Below the pieces are notes generated by a model. That model made no database searches and was not told the DNA's origin. It saw only the letters and a program-made list of their open reading frames with translations. Below, piece after piece: positions 12,201 to 25,843 of a stretch of DNA of 64,000 bases (position 1 is its first letter; the number at the start of each line of letters is the position of its first letter). Source of the stretch: Salpingoeca rosetta. Lineage: Eukaryota > Protista > Choanoflagellata. A program made the translations under genes and the position numbers. Location: assembly GCA_033442325.1 (NCBI GenBank), contig JAWQFM010000006.1:439628-503627 (forward strand), read 5' to 3'.

Positions 12201-13411
12201 GAAGCTCACGCGCCACGCCATTGCGCTCCGAACTCCGATTGTGGTGCGAATTGCTTGCGTGTGTGTGTGTGTGACTGCTGCATTGTGTGTGTCTTTGCAT
12301 TTCCATAAGTGCGTGTGTTGATGTACACTTGTGGCAGCGAAAAACGTGCCCCCAGCACCCTCGCCTTGCAATAACGCATGTGCAGCATCCCAGCAGCTCA
12401 TTGCGCCCCTTGCTTGCAAAACCCTACATGTTTTTGTGCACGCTTGAATCAGGTGGTTGACGGCACTGGGCGATTCTCCAGCATTCTCTCGTATGCATGG
12501 AAGTTCCTGCATGACCAGAGTGCGGCTGCCATTGCCTGCACGTGGGGCCGCCTCTGCAACATGATCAAGGAGTTTGCTGCAACGTCGCACAGCAAGCAGC
12601 ACCCGCGGGAGATGTACGCTGACATTATGGAGCTTGTTGCACTCGAGCATCAGGTACGCACACGTGTTGGGTGGTGACCATGCGAAGGGGGAGGGGTTGT
12701 GGACAAAGGGCTAGTGCTGTCATAGAGTAACAGTGCACATGCACGTTCGTTCCTGTGTACACGCAAACATACAACACAGAATGCACAATGCTTGCATGTT
12801 TGCTTCCAGTCTTGTTGCCATCGTGCGCCAATACGTGCTTGTCTTGTGGTCAACTCTTGTCTGGCCCACACCTTCCTATTCAGGTGGTTGTGTTTGATGC
12901 CGAGAATCCCTGCATGACGCTGCACGGTTCAATTCTCAAAGCCATCAGCAACGTCATGCAGCGAGCGAGCCCTTCCACACAAGCAGACCCTTACGAGGTG
13001 CGTATGTGTTATTTGGCGCTGCTGGCGAGTTGTGGTTGTTTTGGGGTTCGCGTTTGGGTTCAGGTTGACCATGTTTCTGTTGTGCATCAACACGCAAGCA
13101 CAATATAGCCACGTGTTTTCATAGGACTTGCATGTATTATGATTGCAAACTTGCGCGCGTGTAGTTGAAGCTTGCGCAGCTTGAGCTTGCACTTGTGTTC
13201 AGCCGCAAATCGCTTGCTGAGCGGCATTTCACCGAGCTGGTCAAGTTCATTCAGACAGCAACGTAACGGCTGTTGTTGTTGTTTAAGTTGTTGTTGTTGT
13301 TGTTGTTTAAGTTGTTGTTGTTTAAGTTGTTGTTGTTGTTTAAGTTGTTGTTGTTGTTTAAGTTGTTGTTGTTGTTTAAGTTGTCGTTGTTGTTGGTGGT
13401 GGTGGTGGTGG

Positions 13412-13457
<46 letters not shown>

Positions 13458-16400
13458 CCTCCTCACCACCATGCGGCTTATCACTACCACAACCTTCCAC
13501 ACCACATCGCATTCTCCGACGTTGCTCTGAATTGCAGTGCAAACCAGAAGACATCGTTCAAGAACGATATCCACCACGCCCTGAGCTGGGCCCTGCGCCG
13601 CAACATCGCCTTCTTTGTCGAGCTCATCTCACAGCAGGTAAGAAACAACCTCCTCTCCGTGGCGTGTGTGCAAGTGGCTGAGCAATTGTAGTACATGCAC
13701 ACCGCGTCACGTTGTTCCCTTTGCTGTAGTTGCGGCTCTGCCAAAGCTTGATCGACCATCTGCCACTTACACCTGCGTGGCAACATGTGCTGTGCAACAT
13801 TGCATGGTTGAAGCTTGGCAAGGGAATCGTGGAGTATGCAGCACTGGTTCTCTTCTCCGAAGACAACAAACATGCCAACACGTATTATGACCGCTTCGCC
13901 CCGCTGTACACACAAGCGTTCCTTCCGCTGTCCACCTTTCGCTACCTGGACACCGCGCGCAACGGCCAGACCCTTGACGCGTTCATCACCAAACTGTCCA
14001 AGACGAGCGTGTCTGGCGAGAAGGCTGCCCATATGGAGAAGCTGAGCGAGGCAGAGGTGTACCACCACCTGCTGGTGTGGGCTGCCCTCTCCACGCGATA
14101 TGAACTCGCCCGTCTGTTTTGGGTTCGAGGAGGTGCGCTTGCTTGTTGTGTTGACACCACCCGCTCCCATGCTGATGCTAGCTGCTTGATCGTCGTGTGA
14201 AGAGCTACAGGGCATGAGTTTGTGAAAGGGGGGTGAGGATTATGAGCCATTGCATGTGTTGAAGTTGTGCTTGTGTTGTCGCTGTACGCGATGAGTGTGT
14301 GCGATTGCATGTGCTTGTTTTATGTGCGAGGTTTTGTGTCGCTGTACTCGGGCTGCACTTAAACTTGCGGCTGCGACTTATTTCACACCAGGCAACTCCA
14401 TCCAGAACGCGCTGTTCGTGTGCCAGCTGCTTCGGTCCCTTGCTGGACTGAAGAAACTTGAGTCATCCCTGCGCTTCCATGCGGTTTGTGTTGTTGTTGG
14501 ATGACAAGCTCGTGCATGTGCAAGCGTCAGCACTTGCCATGATGACAACAATGTGTTGACTGACGATTGTCATCTGTATTCACACATGCACACTTGCATG
14601 TTCACACACTTGGAGACCGTGAACACCAACGTTCACTGGCACGCGCACCGTGTGCACGCATACACATGCACACTCTCACACACGAAATGCCTGTACACAT
14701 ACGCGTACGTTGACACACTTTTACGCACTCGTGTACTGCCTACGGCAGGACCGCAAACGCATGTTGGATATGGCGGACAAGTTTGAGCGACACGCGTTTG
14801 AAATTTTGGATCAGGTGAGCTCCCTTTGTGTTCTGCGCTTGTCAAGCAATTGCAATGATGCGCTTGTGTGTGACTGCTTGTTAACAGCTGATGGTGCAAC
14901 GCCAAAGCCAGGTACAATGCATACCACAACTCATGGCGTGTGTCTCGTGGCTCTTTGCTTCTCACGGTTTCTCGCTGTAGTGCTACAAGTCAGACCAGAG
15001 CAAAACCATGTCCCTGTTGTGGTGCCCCTTTTCTCTCTTCAACACCCTTCCACCGCTGGTGAGTGTATCGAGCACAGCCATGGGCAGCGCCGAGTCTGTT
15101 TGCAGTTCTGTTCGCATCAAACACACACAAACACTGAATGAATGCTAACACTCATATTGCACCCATATTCACAACAAGCACAACACACGCACACAACGTG
15201 TAACCTCAGCACCAACACATTCTCTATCCCTGAGAAGACGCGGGTGTGGTAGGCACCTCCCACGCCTCCACCCCTACACACACGCGCGCGCTTGTACACG
15301 TGCATCTCACTCCACTGTCGCGCTCCATCTCCATATGCACACGATTGCCTTCAGCTAAAAACGGACAAGTTGGTGATGTTTGACGAGAACTCCATGCTAC
15401 CGCAAACAACAGCATCCACAGCCGCTGCGGCATTGCAACAGCGCGAACAACTGCAGCTGTTTGGCAGCCGCTCCGAGGCGCTTCCACTCACACACAGCGT
15501 TCTTGGCCCAGAGAGCGTGAGTAAATGAGTTGTGCATATGATTTTGTGCGTATGATCATGTGTTCTCCGTTTGTACATTTGCGTTGTCACTACAGTTGTG
15601 AGCAGCCACTCATGACACCACGCCAGCGCGTGCAGTGCTCGAACAAGTAAGCTCACTCATGAGGCATCGCCCATGCGTGATGGTGCGGTTGACGCTCGAC
15701 AGGGCCAACTCGTGAACTGCGTGAGCTTGGCGATGGAGGCGGAGAACACGCTGTTCATCTCCCACCCTGCCGTTGACGCTGTGTTGGAGCAAGCCTGGCA
15801 TGGACGAGGGCCAAATGAGGAAACGCCCGTGCTCAATGCTGGAGCCAAAGTACATGTGCTTGTGCACGTGGTGGTCTTTCTGTATGCTTATGCGTACATG
15901 TGCATATGTGCGTGATTTTGTGAGTGCACATGTACACTTGTGGGATCGTCGTGGCAAGATTGTGGGTTATGAAGGACAATCTGGTGGTTGTGGTTGATGG
16001 GATTCCTCTGACAGCGCTCAGTTTCGCCCTTGTATATCTTCGCCTGTCACTCACTGACTCACTCTCACTCACTCTCACTCATCCACCCACTCACTCACTT
16101 ACTCTCACTTACTTCCTCTTACTCTCACTACACTCTCTCCTGTTTTTCCTGCGACAGTTCTATGTGCACGCCTTGTCCTTCTTCACGTTTCTCAGCGTGT
16201 ATGCGTATGTGATCCTGACGCCGCTGCAAGAGACATTCTCCTACATGGAGATTGCTCTTGCCTGCTTCATGTTTGATCTCATGGTGATTGAGGTTATGCA
16301 AGCGCTGCGTCTCGGCATCAGGCGATGGTCCTCGGAGCTGTGGAACAAAGTCGACCTCCTCTTCGTACGTGCGACAAGGATCTGTTGTCACTTTGTGTCT

Positions 16401-16954
16401 TGCATGCGTTCAGGTCTTTATGCCCAGTGCCTATCCCGCCACATGCCTGTTTGAGACAGTCCACTCACGCTGGACACGCCATGCTTGCGTGAATGCGCAC
16501 GTATACGCGTGTGTGGATGTGTTTGTGTGTGTGTGTGTGTGTGTGCGTGCGTGTGTGTGTGTGTGATTACGTGTGCTTTTTGTGCCGGTGCAGTGCGTGT
16601 GCTATCTTCTGGCACTCTGCTTCAGAATCTCTTCGCTGGTGTCACCTGGCGTTAACCTGAACGACCGCCGCGTTGCCAAGATCCTGCTTGGTCTTGGTTG
16701 CGCCGCTGCGTACATCTCATGTCTCCGCTTCACGGCCTTCATTCGCCCCCTCGGCCCAAAGCTCATCATCATGGGCCGCATGTTCTCTGATGTGGTTGTG
16801 TTCATCCTCCTTCTGGGCGCGTTTTGGCTGGCGTACGCGTTTGCCATGATCAGCGTCCTCTCCAGCGACGAGAACCAGCGGCAGTCAGACTCGTATCACG
16901 TAAGCGCTTTGAGAAGGGCGTGGGACATACCGTTTTGTACATGCTGTGTTAGGA

Positions 16955-16993
<39 letters not shown>

Positions 16994-17012
16994 TTGTTGT
17001 TGTTGTTTAAGA

Positions 17013-17064
<52 letters not shown>

Positions 17065-19324
17065 TGTTGTGCTCAGCAGTCGTTTACCGGCATGTATGTT
17101 GAATTTCAGCCATCTCCCTCCATCATATGTGCACGCACGCACATACATGTTTGTGATGGCTGCTGCTCCACTCGCTAGCTGTCGTACATTATGCTAGTCC
17201 CCGTGTTCCAGGTGTTTGGCGAGTCATTCCTTGAGTGGTATTCGGAGGAGTCGGCATGTGTGGGTGACGGACCGTTCCACACATGCGCGTCGTGGCGGTG
17301 GCTCGTGCCAATCTACATGACCCTTTTCATCTTCGTCTGTACGTTGCCTACCGTCGCGCTTGCGTGCATGTGTGTGCATGTGTGTGAGTGTGTGTGCGTG
17401 TGTGTGAGTGTATGTGCGTGTGCGTGTTTCTCTGTTGATCCGACATTGCTCCATGGGAGGTATTGAAGGACACGCATTTGCACGCAAGCATGCTCACAAC
17501 TCATACCCACGTGCGCACACAAACGCATACACATGCACACAGCGAACATCATGCTCGTGAATCTGCTGATTGCCATGTTTGGCAAGCGGTATGAAGAAGT
17601 GGAGGCAGATGCAATGGCATTCTGGCGCCGGCAAAACTATGATCTGTACTGGGAATTTCGCAACAGAACGCACTTGCCAACACCGCTGTCGTGGCTGGAG
17701 CTGGCGTTTTGGACCTTGTTTCGTCGGCGGTTTCAACGAAACACGCACGTCAGTCACAGCGCCAGTCGCTCGATTGTGCCCCCGAAGGAGCTCGAACGCT
17801 TTCAAGAACTGGAAACAGAAATGTAAGTGTGGTTGGTGTGTGTGTGTGTGTGTGTGTGCGTGAGTGAGTGTGTGTGAGTTCGAGTGTGCGTGAGTGCGTA
17901 TGTGAGTGAGTGAGTCTGATACTTGTAGGCTGTGTCTTACATGTTTGGACATGCTGCATGTGTTGTTTGTGTGTGTTTGCGAGTCGTACGTGGACTGCCA
18001 TGGAAGCACGCACTCCAAACTTGATGTTCTTCTCACCAGCGCGCCATGCTGACATGTAGTTTTGCGGCATTGCGTGTGTGCTCGTGCTTGATTTACATAT
18101 GTGCCCCCACACGTCATTTCTTCAGCCACCATCATCGCTCCAAGGAGAACGACGAGGATGACGAGTTGGATGAGCTCAGCAACGCGCTGTCGGCACAGCT
18201 GCGAACATTTGATTTGCTCGAGGCACAATCCCTTCGCCTCGGTACGGCATGCAATTGAGATGGCATGTGACGTGACATGCATCCAAGTGGAGGATACAGA
18301 AACGAGCAGAGTTTCTGTCCTCGTCGTATACATGTTACCCAGCACAAATCATGTGCATTTACCACGAATACAGCAGCCCTGTCAACGATGCTTCCAACCC
18401 CCCGGCGCATGTGTTGTGTTGCCTTACATGCACCACGTTCTCATGTGGGCTGTTGTCTGTCAAACATGCTCTCTTTCGCATGCCCTGCTTCAACCTGAAT
18501 AACAGGCCGCATCGAAGCATCCCTGCACGAACGCGCAAGCCAGTACGTTGACGTGTGTGTTGGGGTGATTGTATGCGTACACTCTGGAAGTCCCCACTCG
18601 TGACGTGATGAAATTGCTGCTTCCGCCCACGTGATGTGCCAGTGCTTCATGCCCACGTATGTTCTTCCTTAACCCTCTGCTCCTGGCCTGCTTCCATTGG
18701 CCTTGCTCTCACTCTCTGTCTTTGCGTTGCTGGATAGGCAAGAAGAGCTCAACACAGGGGTACGCGCCCCGCATTTCGCGCCACCAGTGTGATTGCGCGG
18801 TGGCAACACATACTGCTGTGCTGTGATATGAAATTGCTCACGGACAGCGGTGATGGTTAGACTGGCATTGATGCCTGCTCCACAACAACCACGCTCACGT
18901 TTTCCTTGCTTGACGCGTGTACTGTTCCTGTTTTCTCCGTGCTGCTTTCCATTTCAGAGCCCTTGCATGCGCACGGTGACGCATCCAGGCGAGGTCATGT
19001 ACTCTGAACGCAACGCGTGCTGTCGCGAGCAGGTGCTGTCAGACAGACCAAAGGCGTTTGTTGTTCAATTTGCAGTATCCTGTGAAAGTGCAATTGTGTC
19101 GTGAACACAATGTCACCGTTTGCATCCTGTGTGTGTAACCATAATCCTGTGTATGCTGCTCAAAAGGCAGACCCATGTTCACACCAACACCAAACACGCC
19201 ACACAACAGGCGAGAAAGGAGGGTGGGTTTGACGTCAGCAAGAATTTGGCCGAAGCCAGCTGGCACGACAGCAGGATTGCAGATGACTTGCTGGCGCTGG
19301 CCCGCCAGTACAACCTTGAGGTCC

Positions 19325-19374
<50 letters not shown>

Positions 19375-22201
19375 GTCAGTGTGTACTGACACATGCACAC
19401 TGACCCGTGTGCATCATATGTGTGCACATTGTTTTCGTGTGCTCGTGCGTCGCTGATGATGACATACTTGCGGCATACGCTGAAAGCAAGTTGGCTGCAT
19501 GTATGTTATGTTACATCTCCTCCCAAAATACAGGATGCTTTGCTTCTTATCTTGTACGCTTTTTCACTTGCCCATGCACCCATGCAGTTGCAACCCGACC
19601 CACACGTCCGAAATCCGGGTGGTCGCACTGGCCGTGCGGGCTGCGGTCGCTTCCCAAAGATGGGTGGGTATTGGCGTGCTCTAGCTATATGCGTCATATG
19701 TGCCATGTGTGTGGTGCACCTTCAATGCTGACGTGATAGTATTGTATCCGGCACATACATCCACTTTCACGTTCAATCTCTCTGGCATACTCTTTCACAC
19801 ATTCTGACGTACACATGCTCTTCCTTGCTGCCTGTCGTCCATGCACACACACACATAAACTCTTTCTCAATCCCCCAATCTCTCTTACACGCCCTCAAAC
19901 ACCCGCATACTGTCACTCACCCTTACAAACACACAAACGCATGAACACACACACACACATGAACACACACACACACACACATATGAACACACACACACAC
20001 AAACACAACAGGCCCGAATCGAGAAGACCGGATTGTGCTCACGCGATGGAAGCGATGCGAAACAACTGGGAATAAAATGCAGCGGCTTGGACAGCATGTC
20101 ATGGAGGTCCTCCTCGTCAGGCATGGTGCGTGGTGTGGCGCCATTCGTGTTTTGTACCTCTGCATATGCTTTGGAGGATACAATGAAGTGGTGTTGTCCC
20201 TTGCTGAGCCTTGCTCGCTGGTGACATCAATCAACAAATACATTCAAGCAAAGCATCACCGTGCGTGCTGTGCAACATGCTGACGCCAACTGCCATTGGT
20301 TGTATTCTCACACACGATTGTTCTCGTGCAGTTGACGACCATGGCAGAGTCAAGTGGTGCCTTCCTCGCCAAGTTGTTGCTGATGAGGCCGAGGAGGTGA
20401 GGTCGTTCAGGCGGTCCCCAGCAGAGTCTGTTTGTTTCAACTTGGGCATTGTCACACAGTGACAATCAGCTCGTCCATAGTTACTTCAAATGCACACACG
20501 TGTGTGTGTGTGTGTGCAATTGCTTGCTCCCGGCCACACACAACACGCTCACAAACTGATCCACACGTCAAATGACATGACAGACACATGGAGAGGAGAA
20601 GCCGGTGCAGCGTGGAACATCGCACTTGGACGCCAACGATCCTCGTGAGCAGGTGTTCAAGCTGCTGTGGGAACTGCGTGGACAGCACCTCGGCCGCGCC
20701 AAATCTCTCGACGTCATCTTGAGCAAGTACCGGATGACCACAGATGACACGACGTGGAAGCTGCGAGGTGTTGACGTCGACTTGTATCATGACAACGCAA
20801 ATCCACTGGCAGACGCATTCATGTACGCTTGCAATGATGAGTGGAATATTTCTGTGGTGCACACTGTGCGCTCATTGTTGGCGTGCTGCTTCGTATGCGT
20901 TCTGTTTGTTCACGTGCATACCCCCCCCCACACACACACATACACTTTTTCACTCACTTTACCACCGCTCTCATCCACAACACACACGCACATGTACCCA
21001 CGCGCGCGCATGCACATTCACACACACACACACACACGCAACCGAAACACATACACACGCACAAGGCCCGCGAGGGTTCATTCCACATCAGCAACCGTTG
21101 AGGAGCGAAGCGGTGGGAGCGTGCTGCGGGTGATTTCAGGGGTGGCTTCGGGTTCATCGCCAGACTTGGCATCCACGCAGTCGTCAACAATCTCACAAGA
21201 GCAGAACTACCACCAGCACCAGCAGCACCAACACCAGTATCACCAGGAAGAGCAAGATCAACACCTTCCACGCCATCATCAGCACCGTCATCACTCACAG
21301 CCACAGCATCACTCACACTTGCATGTGGATGCAACAATCGCGACAACAGGCGCAGACACGCACGACAGCGATCAGCACAACACGTTTACGCATCTTGATG
21401 TCACATCAGCATCCTCAGTGCTGAAGCCCGGCTCTTCAGACAGCCTGGCGTCGTTGGCGTCGCGACAGAGCATTGCAGACAACCAGAAATTGCTCATGCA
21501 ACAAGGCCTCTGCATGACAACAATTGCTGAAGGGCAAGCATCGCCCGTGAGTCCAACACCTGAATCGCCTTCCCCGGAAGCCAGCCCCATGTTCCACTCC
21601 GTTGTTCGCACCATGACAACCAGCCAGGCACAGGCACGTCACAAGTTCATCTACTTGGATGATCCACTCAACACGGACAACGCATGGGTGGAGGGGCGCA
21701 TCTTTTACTTCCACGCCGAGCACTTTGTTGACACGGCCATCGATGAGCACCTGGACAACGCCATTCGTGGGAAAGCGCGAGGTTTGTGCAAGCGGTTTGT
21801 CTTGCATGATCGCTTGCCAAGCCAAACTCTTGCCACCTGTCACCACAAACACGGCAATTTGTACGCTCACCCACCGCCCACAAGCGCGCATGTGCATCCA
21901 TCCACAACGCACACGCATCGCACACCACGAGCATGACACACACACACACACACAAATGTTGTATGCACAGCAGTTGCAGCAATCGTGTTGCGTTTCTCAC
22001 ACCTGCAAACATGCCTTTGCTGTAATCTCATGCACATGGCTGCTGCGTGGCGCAGATCCGCCAGAATGTAGATGGATTGTGGCGCACGATCTTGTGCAGT
22101 ATGAATCTGCAGACACGAAAGAGTTGATTCGCCTCGTTGTCAAGGGACAGTCGACACCCACGCTGTGGGATCTTGAGGCCCACGATACCACGCTTGCCTG
22201 A
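5524..22201 (+). CDS. Giant multi-exon TRPM-family (TRPM2-like) cation channel with SLOG/MHR N-terminus, 6 TM segments, TRP box, coiled coil and C-terminal NUDT9-homology domain
   Basis: SLOG/MHR motifs PRLVVSVTGGAK, WIFTGGCNCGVMKVVGE, LDDNHSFYILVNN, LVVEGGP, VDGTGR. MHR4 motifs LLVWAALSTRYELARLFW and CVSLAMEAENTLFISHPAVDAVLEQAW. S2 IEVMQ, S3 WNKVD, S4-S5 LGPKLIIMGRMFSDV, pore FQVFGE, S6 NIMLVNLLIAMF, TRP box FWRRQNYDLYWEF...LPTPL. NUDT9-H motifs NPGGRTGRAGCG..GPN, LTRWKR, YLDDPLNTDNAWVE. Stop at 22199-22201. Confidence 0.9.
6146..6289 (+). repeat. (CAA/CAG)48 exonic repeat encoding polyQ in the TRPM N-terminus
   Basis: 144 nt in frame with the 5543-8764 ORF. Confidence 0.9.
13271..13456 (+). 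repeat. Intronic compound (TTG)n microsatellite with repeated TTTAAG interruptions
   Basis: Units of gttgttTAAgttgttgttg followed by (GGT)n and (TTG)n. Confidence 0.85.
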
Positions 22202-23161
22202 TGTGTTGTCACGAAGCAAACGCAACATGTCACAGCACTCGGAGATCATGAGATTTGGATGAACTGAGTGATGACACTGGAATCACTTGGTTGTGCAGGG
22301 TGCTGGGTCGTGCGATTTCATCGTTACTTACGTTTGTTGAGTGGTGTTTGGCTTGCCATGTCTCATGGGCCTCAATACATGGGATGGGTTCGATTTCACT
22401 ATTTGATTTGTGTGATTGTGGTGTGATGAAATGTGACATGCGCGGAGTACATGCAAGGCCAACAATGCTGAGACACATGGGGTGGGGAACCGCCCGCATG
22501 AATAGACGCATGTCCTGTCTGTTGTTGATGGTGGTTGTCTACTGCTGCGCTTGATTGACTGGTGAAGGATGTTTCACAGTACACGAATCCCAAAGCCACG
22601 CAGCCACGATGCACTCGTTGCTTGCCAGCGCCAGCATAACGATGTGGCAGTTGCCTGCTCCCTTTTTAAAATAAAAGCCAAGCGTATGACAACACGAACG
22701 TGACTGTTGACTTTTTTTTGCCGCGCGCGGCAGCCCCATCCTTCGCCAGGCAGTCGTGTCCCCTCCCTCTCCAGCACGAGAACTTACACAGGTGCTGCCT
22801 CGGCGCTCCCAAATAGTTCGTGTATTCGCACTATGTAAATGCGCAAACGCGCGGACCAGACAGCAGAATGGACTCACTCAACAGCCACTAAAACACGCGA
22901 TGCATGCATGACATCCATCTATCATCGCTGAGCACACAAACCACGCGTGCATGTCGCACAGCCCATGCAATCAGGAAGCACAAGAAGAAAGCGCTGACAT
23001 TCACATCACGTCCAACCACATAGAAATGACAACATTCGGCGCAGAAAGAAAACGATCATGAAGGCGCACAAGAACGCCATTTCGGTTGTATGCAATGTGT
23101 TCGACGTCAACATGCCCATCACTGAGCATTGGCCAGGACGAATATATATGCTCCCCACCAC

Positions 23162-25809
23162 TTACGCGTTGGAAGTCTCGCACGTGTCAGTGTCAGCAAA
23201 CGGAGAAACGCGAGAGCTTGTTCGGGCAAAGGGTGAAAGCCGCAGAGGAAACATGCTGGACATCCGCTTTGGTGAGGATGCAGCGGCCTTTGACTGGCCC
23301 CTCACAAGCAGAATCACAAGCATGCACAGCACGACTGCAAGCATTCCAATGGCGATATCTGGGATCACAATCGTGAAGAACATAGATGAATGCAACTGGT
23401 GTTAGAACGAAACGGAGAGGGGATGGAAACCCACACGCGCGCACACGCACACACACACACACGTTCATCATTTGGGTTGGAGACGCAACACGCTGACCAA
23501 TTCCAACAATCGATGAACTACCCAAATTGCCAACATAAGCACGCACACATACGCCGGCACACTCACTCACCCAGCTTGATGTTCGCCCACGAATCGGTCC
23601 CAGAAGCGGATGAGCCGGTCGATGCAGATGTCGATGTGTCGGAAGCACCTGCAGCACCTGCGCCGGAGGTTTGGGTGTCAGCGCTGACGGCGTCGTTCTG
23701 CGCCAAGTCCGCGGTGGACGGCTCCACGTCGACCGTCGCTTCCTCGTCCAGCGAGGCAGTGTTGAGGACAGAGAGCGATTCCGTGTACGCTGCATCCTGC
23801 AGCCGGCTCTGCAGCAGGCTGGCGAGATCCGTGGCAGTCGAAGTGGTGGCACGACGGCGACGGCCAGTAGCTGCTGTGTCTGTTCCTTCAGGCGTGAAAC
23901 GGAGCGAGACGGTGATGCCAGCCTCGAAGTTGGTCGCGTCAACGGGGGAGATGCCCGTGATGGTCACGCGTGAGGGGTCCGTGTCCACAATAGTGGCCAG
24001 CTCCGTCTTTAGCACGCCAGCAAAGTCTGCGTACTCCTGCGACGTGGTGTCGGCATACACGTCCTGGTACGGCGCTGCCAGCACCAGGCCGTTCAGCGTG
24101 ACGCTGGCATCGGCCAGGTTCAGCTCCGCAAACTGGAACGTGTGCTCGGGTGGGAACTCCATCAAGTTGTCGTTGAGGTCCTTGACGTTCTCGATGACAA
24201 CAGTGGCAGTGAGGCCGTTGACCTCGTCGTAGCGGAACCTGCGGCGAAGTGACATGGAGATCTTGCGGCCCTCGCACACAATCACCATGTTGTTGTTGTT
24301 GAAGTCGCGGTCGTAGTCCTCCACCGTCAGCGACACCTGGAAGATGAACGGCTGCCGGCACTCCACGTCCTCGTTGAACTGGAACGACATCTCGTCGCCA
24401 GGGAAGAACTCCCCATCCGCTGGCTCAGGGAACCCAAACACGACCGGCGGGCTGCGGTCAACAACGCCAAGCGCAATGGACGACACTTGCTCATCAATGC
24501 CATCGGGCATCTCGTTGATGGACGCCTGGCACTGCGCGCGGATGCGGAGGTGGTAGTCGCCCTCAAGCAGCGTGGACGCGTCCCACCACGACGTTATGTA
24601 GCCGTACTCGTTCTCGCGCTCGCGAATGTCCAGCGCATCCCCGTTTTCATCGCGGGCCAGCAGCCAGACGTACGAGTTGGCGGGCTTGTACTCAATGACG
24701 ACCTTCTCCAGGCGATCGTCCTCCAGCCACGTGCGCTCGGCGTGGTCCGAGTTGAAGGCAACGACGCGGATCTGGCCAGGCTTGTAGTCCTGCTCCATCG
24801 TCTCCTGGTTGAGGGTGAACGCGCCAGACTCGCCAATCTCGCCAACGAGCTTCACCGGGCTGCACGGTTGCAGGAACTCAGCCTCCAAGTACACGTACTC
24901 CACGCTCGTTACTTCGTCTGTGATGTAACCGTTGTCGGGGTGCCTGTCGGCCTCGCACAGCGATCGCCAGCCAATGGCGACTGGGTCATACTTGAACTTG
25001 TTGGGGCCCTGGTTCACGGTGATGACAATGTGGCTTGCTGAGTTGGCCGGGAAGCCTTCAAAGACAAGTGGCGTCTCCAGTGCCTGTCCGTTGGCCACGA
25101 CTTCAAGGCCGTCTTGGTTCAGCCACGACAGATAGAACAGCTGCGCATGTTGTGGGGCGGGACGGAGACCGGAGTTCGGAGGAGTGGAGGAGGGGAGGGG
25201 AGATGATTGTGAGAACAAAGTGTAAATATGTGGGAACGTGCAGGACACGTGTCTGTCCAACTGCTGCTGAGCGTACCAAGACAAGAATCTCCACAATGCA
25301 AGCATGCAGTGCAAGCCCAAACACATCAACACAATCGCAAATGCAACCACCCCAATCACAACACTCACGTTAAAGTCTGAAGTCATGGGACCGTCATTCT
25401 TGAGCAGGAGCTCGAACACGGCGGGTTCGCCAGGCAGCACGGGCGCCTCTGGCCGCTTCAAGATGCTCACGCCAGGCTGCTCAAGCTGCACGGTGTTGGG
25501 CTCGTGTGGACAGGAGGACTGGCCAGAGGTGGTGTGGAACACGAGCGTGCCGTAGTCGGGGTGCAGATACATTTTGACATCAAACACGTCAAAGGGGTCC
25601 GGGTCACCAAGCTAAACGGTGGTGGTGGCGGGTTGTGGATGCGGTCAAGTCAATCAACACGAGCACAGGCATAAACCTCGACTGTGTGCAGGGAACACAA
25701 TAGAATCTGAACATGATAATGGACACACAACACCGAATCATGTTCGCACAAGGTCACATACTCAACAACACGACATCACGACAACACACTCACACACTCT
25801 CTCACACAC

Positions 25810-25843
<34 letters not shown>

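Noticed and set aside
23058-23405. 115-aa plus-strand ORF that looks globular
   Set aside because: It is antisense to the TM-encoding last exon (23162-23395) of the surface protein and has no recognisable motif.
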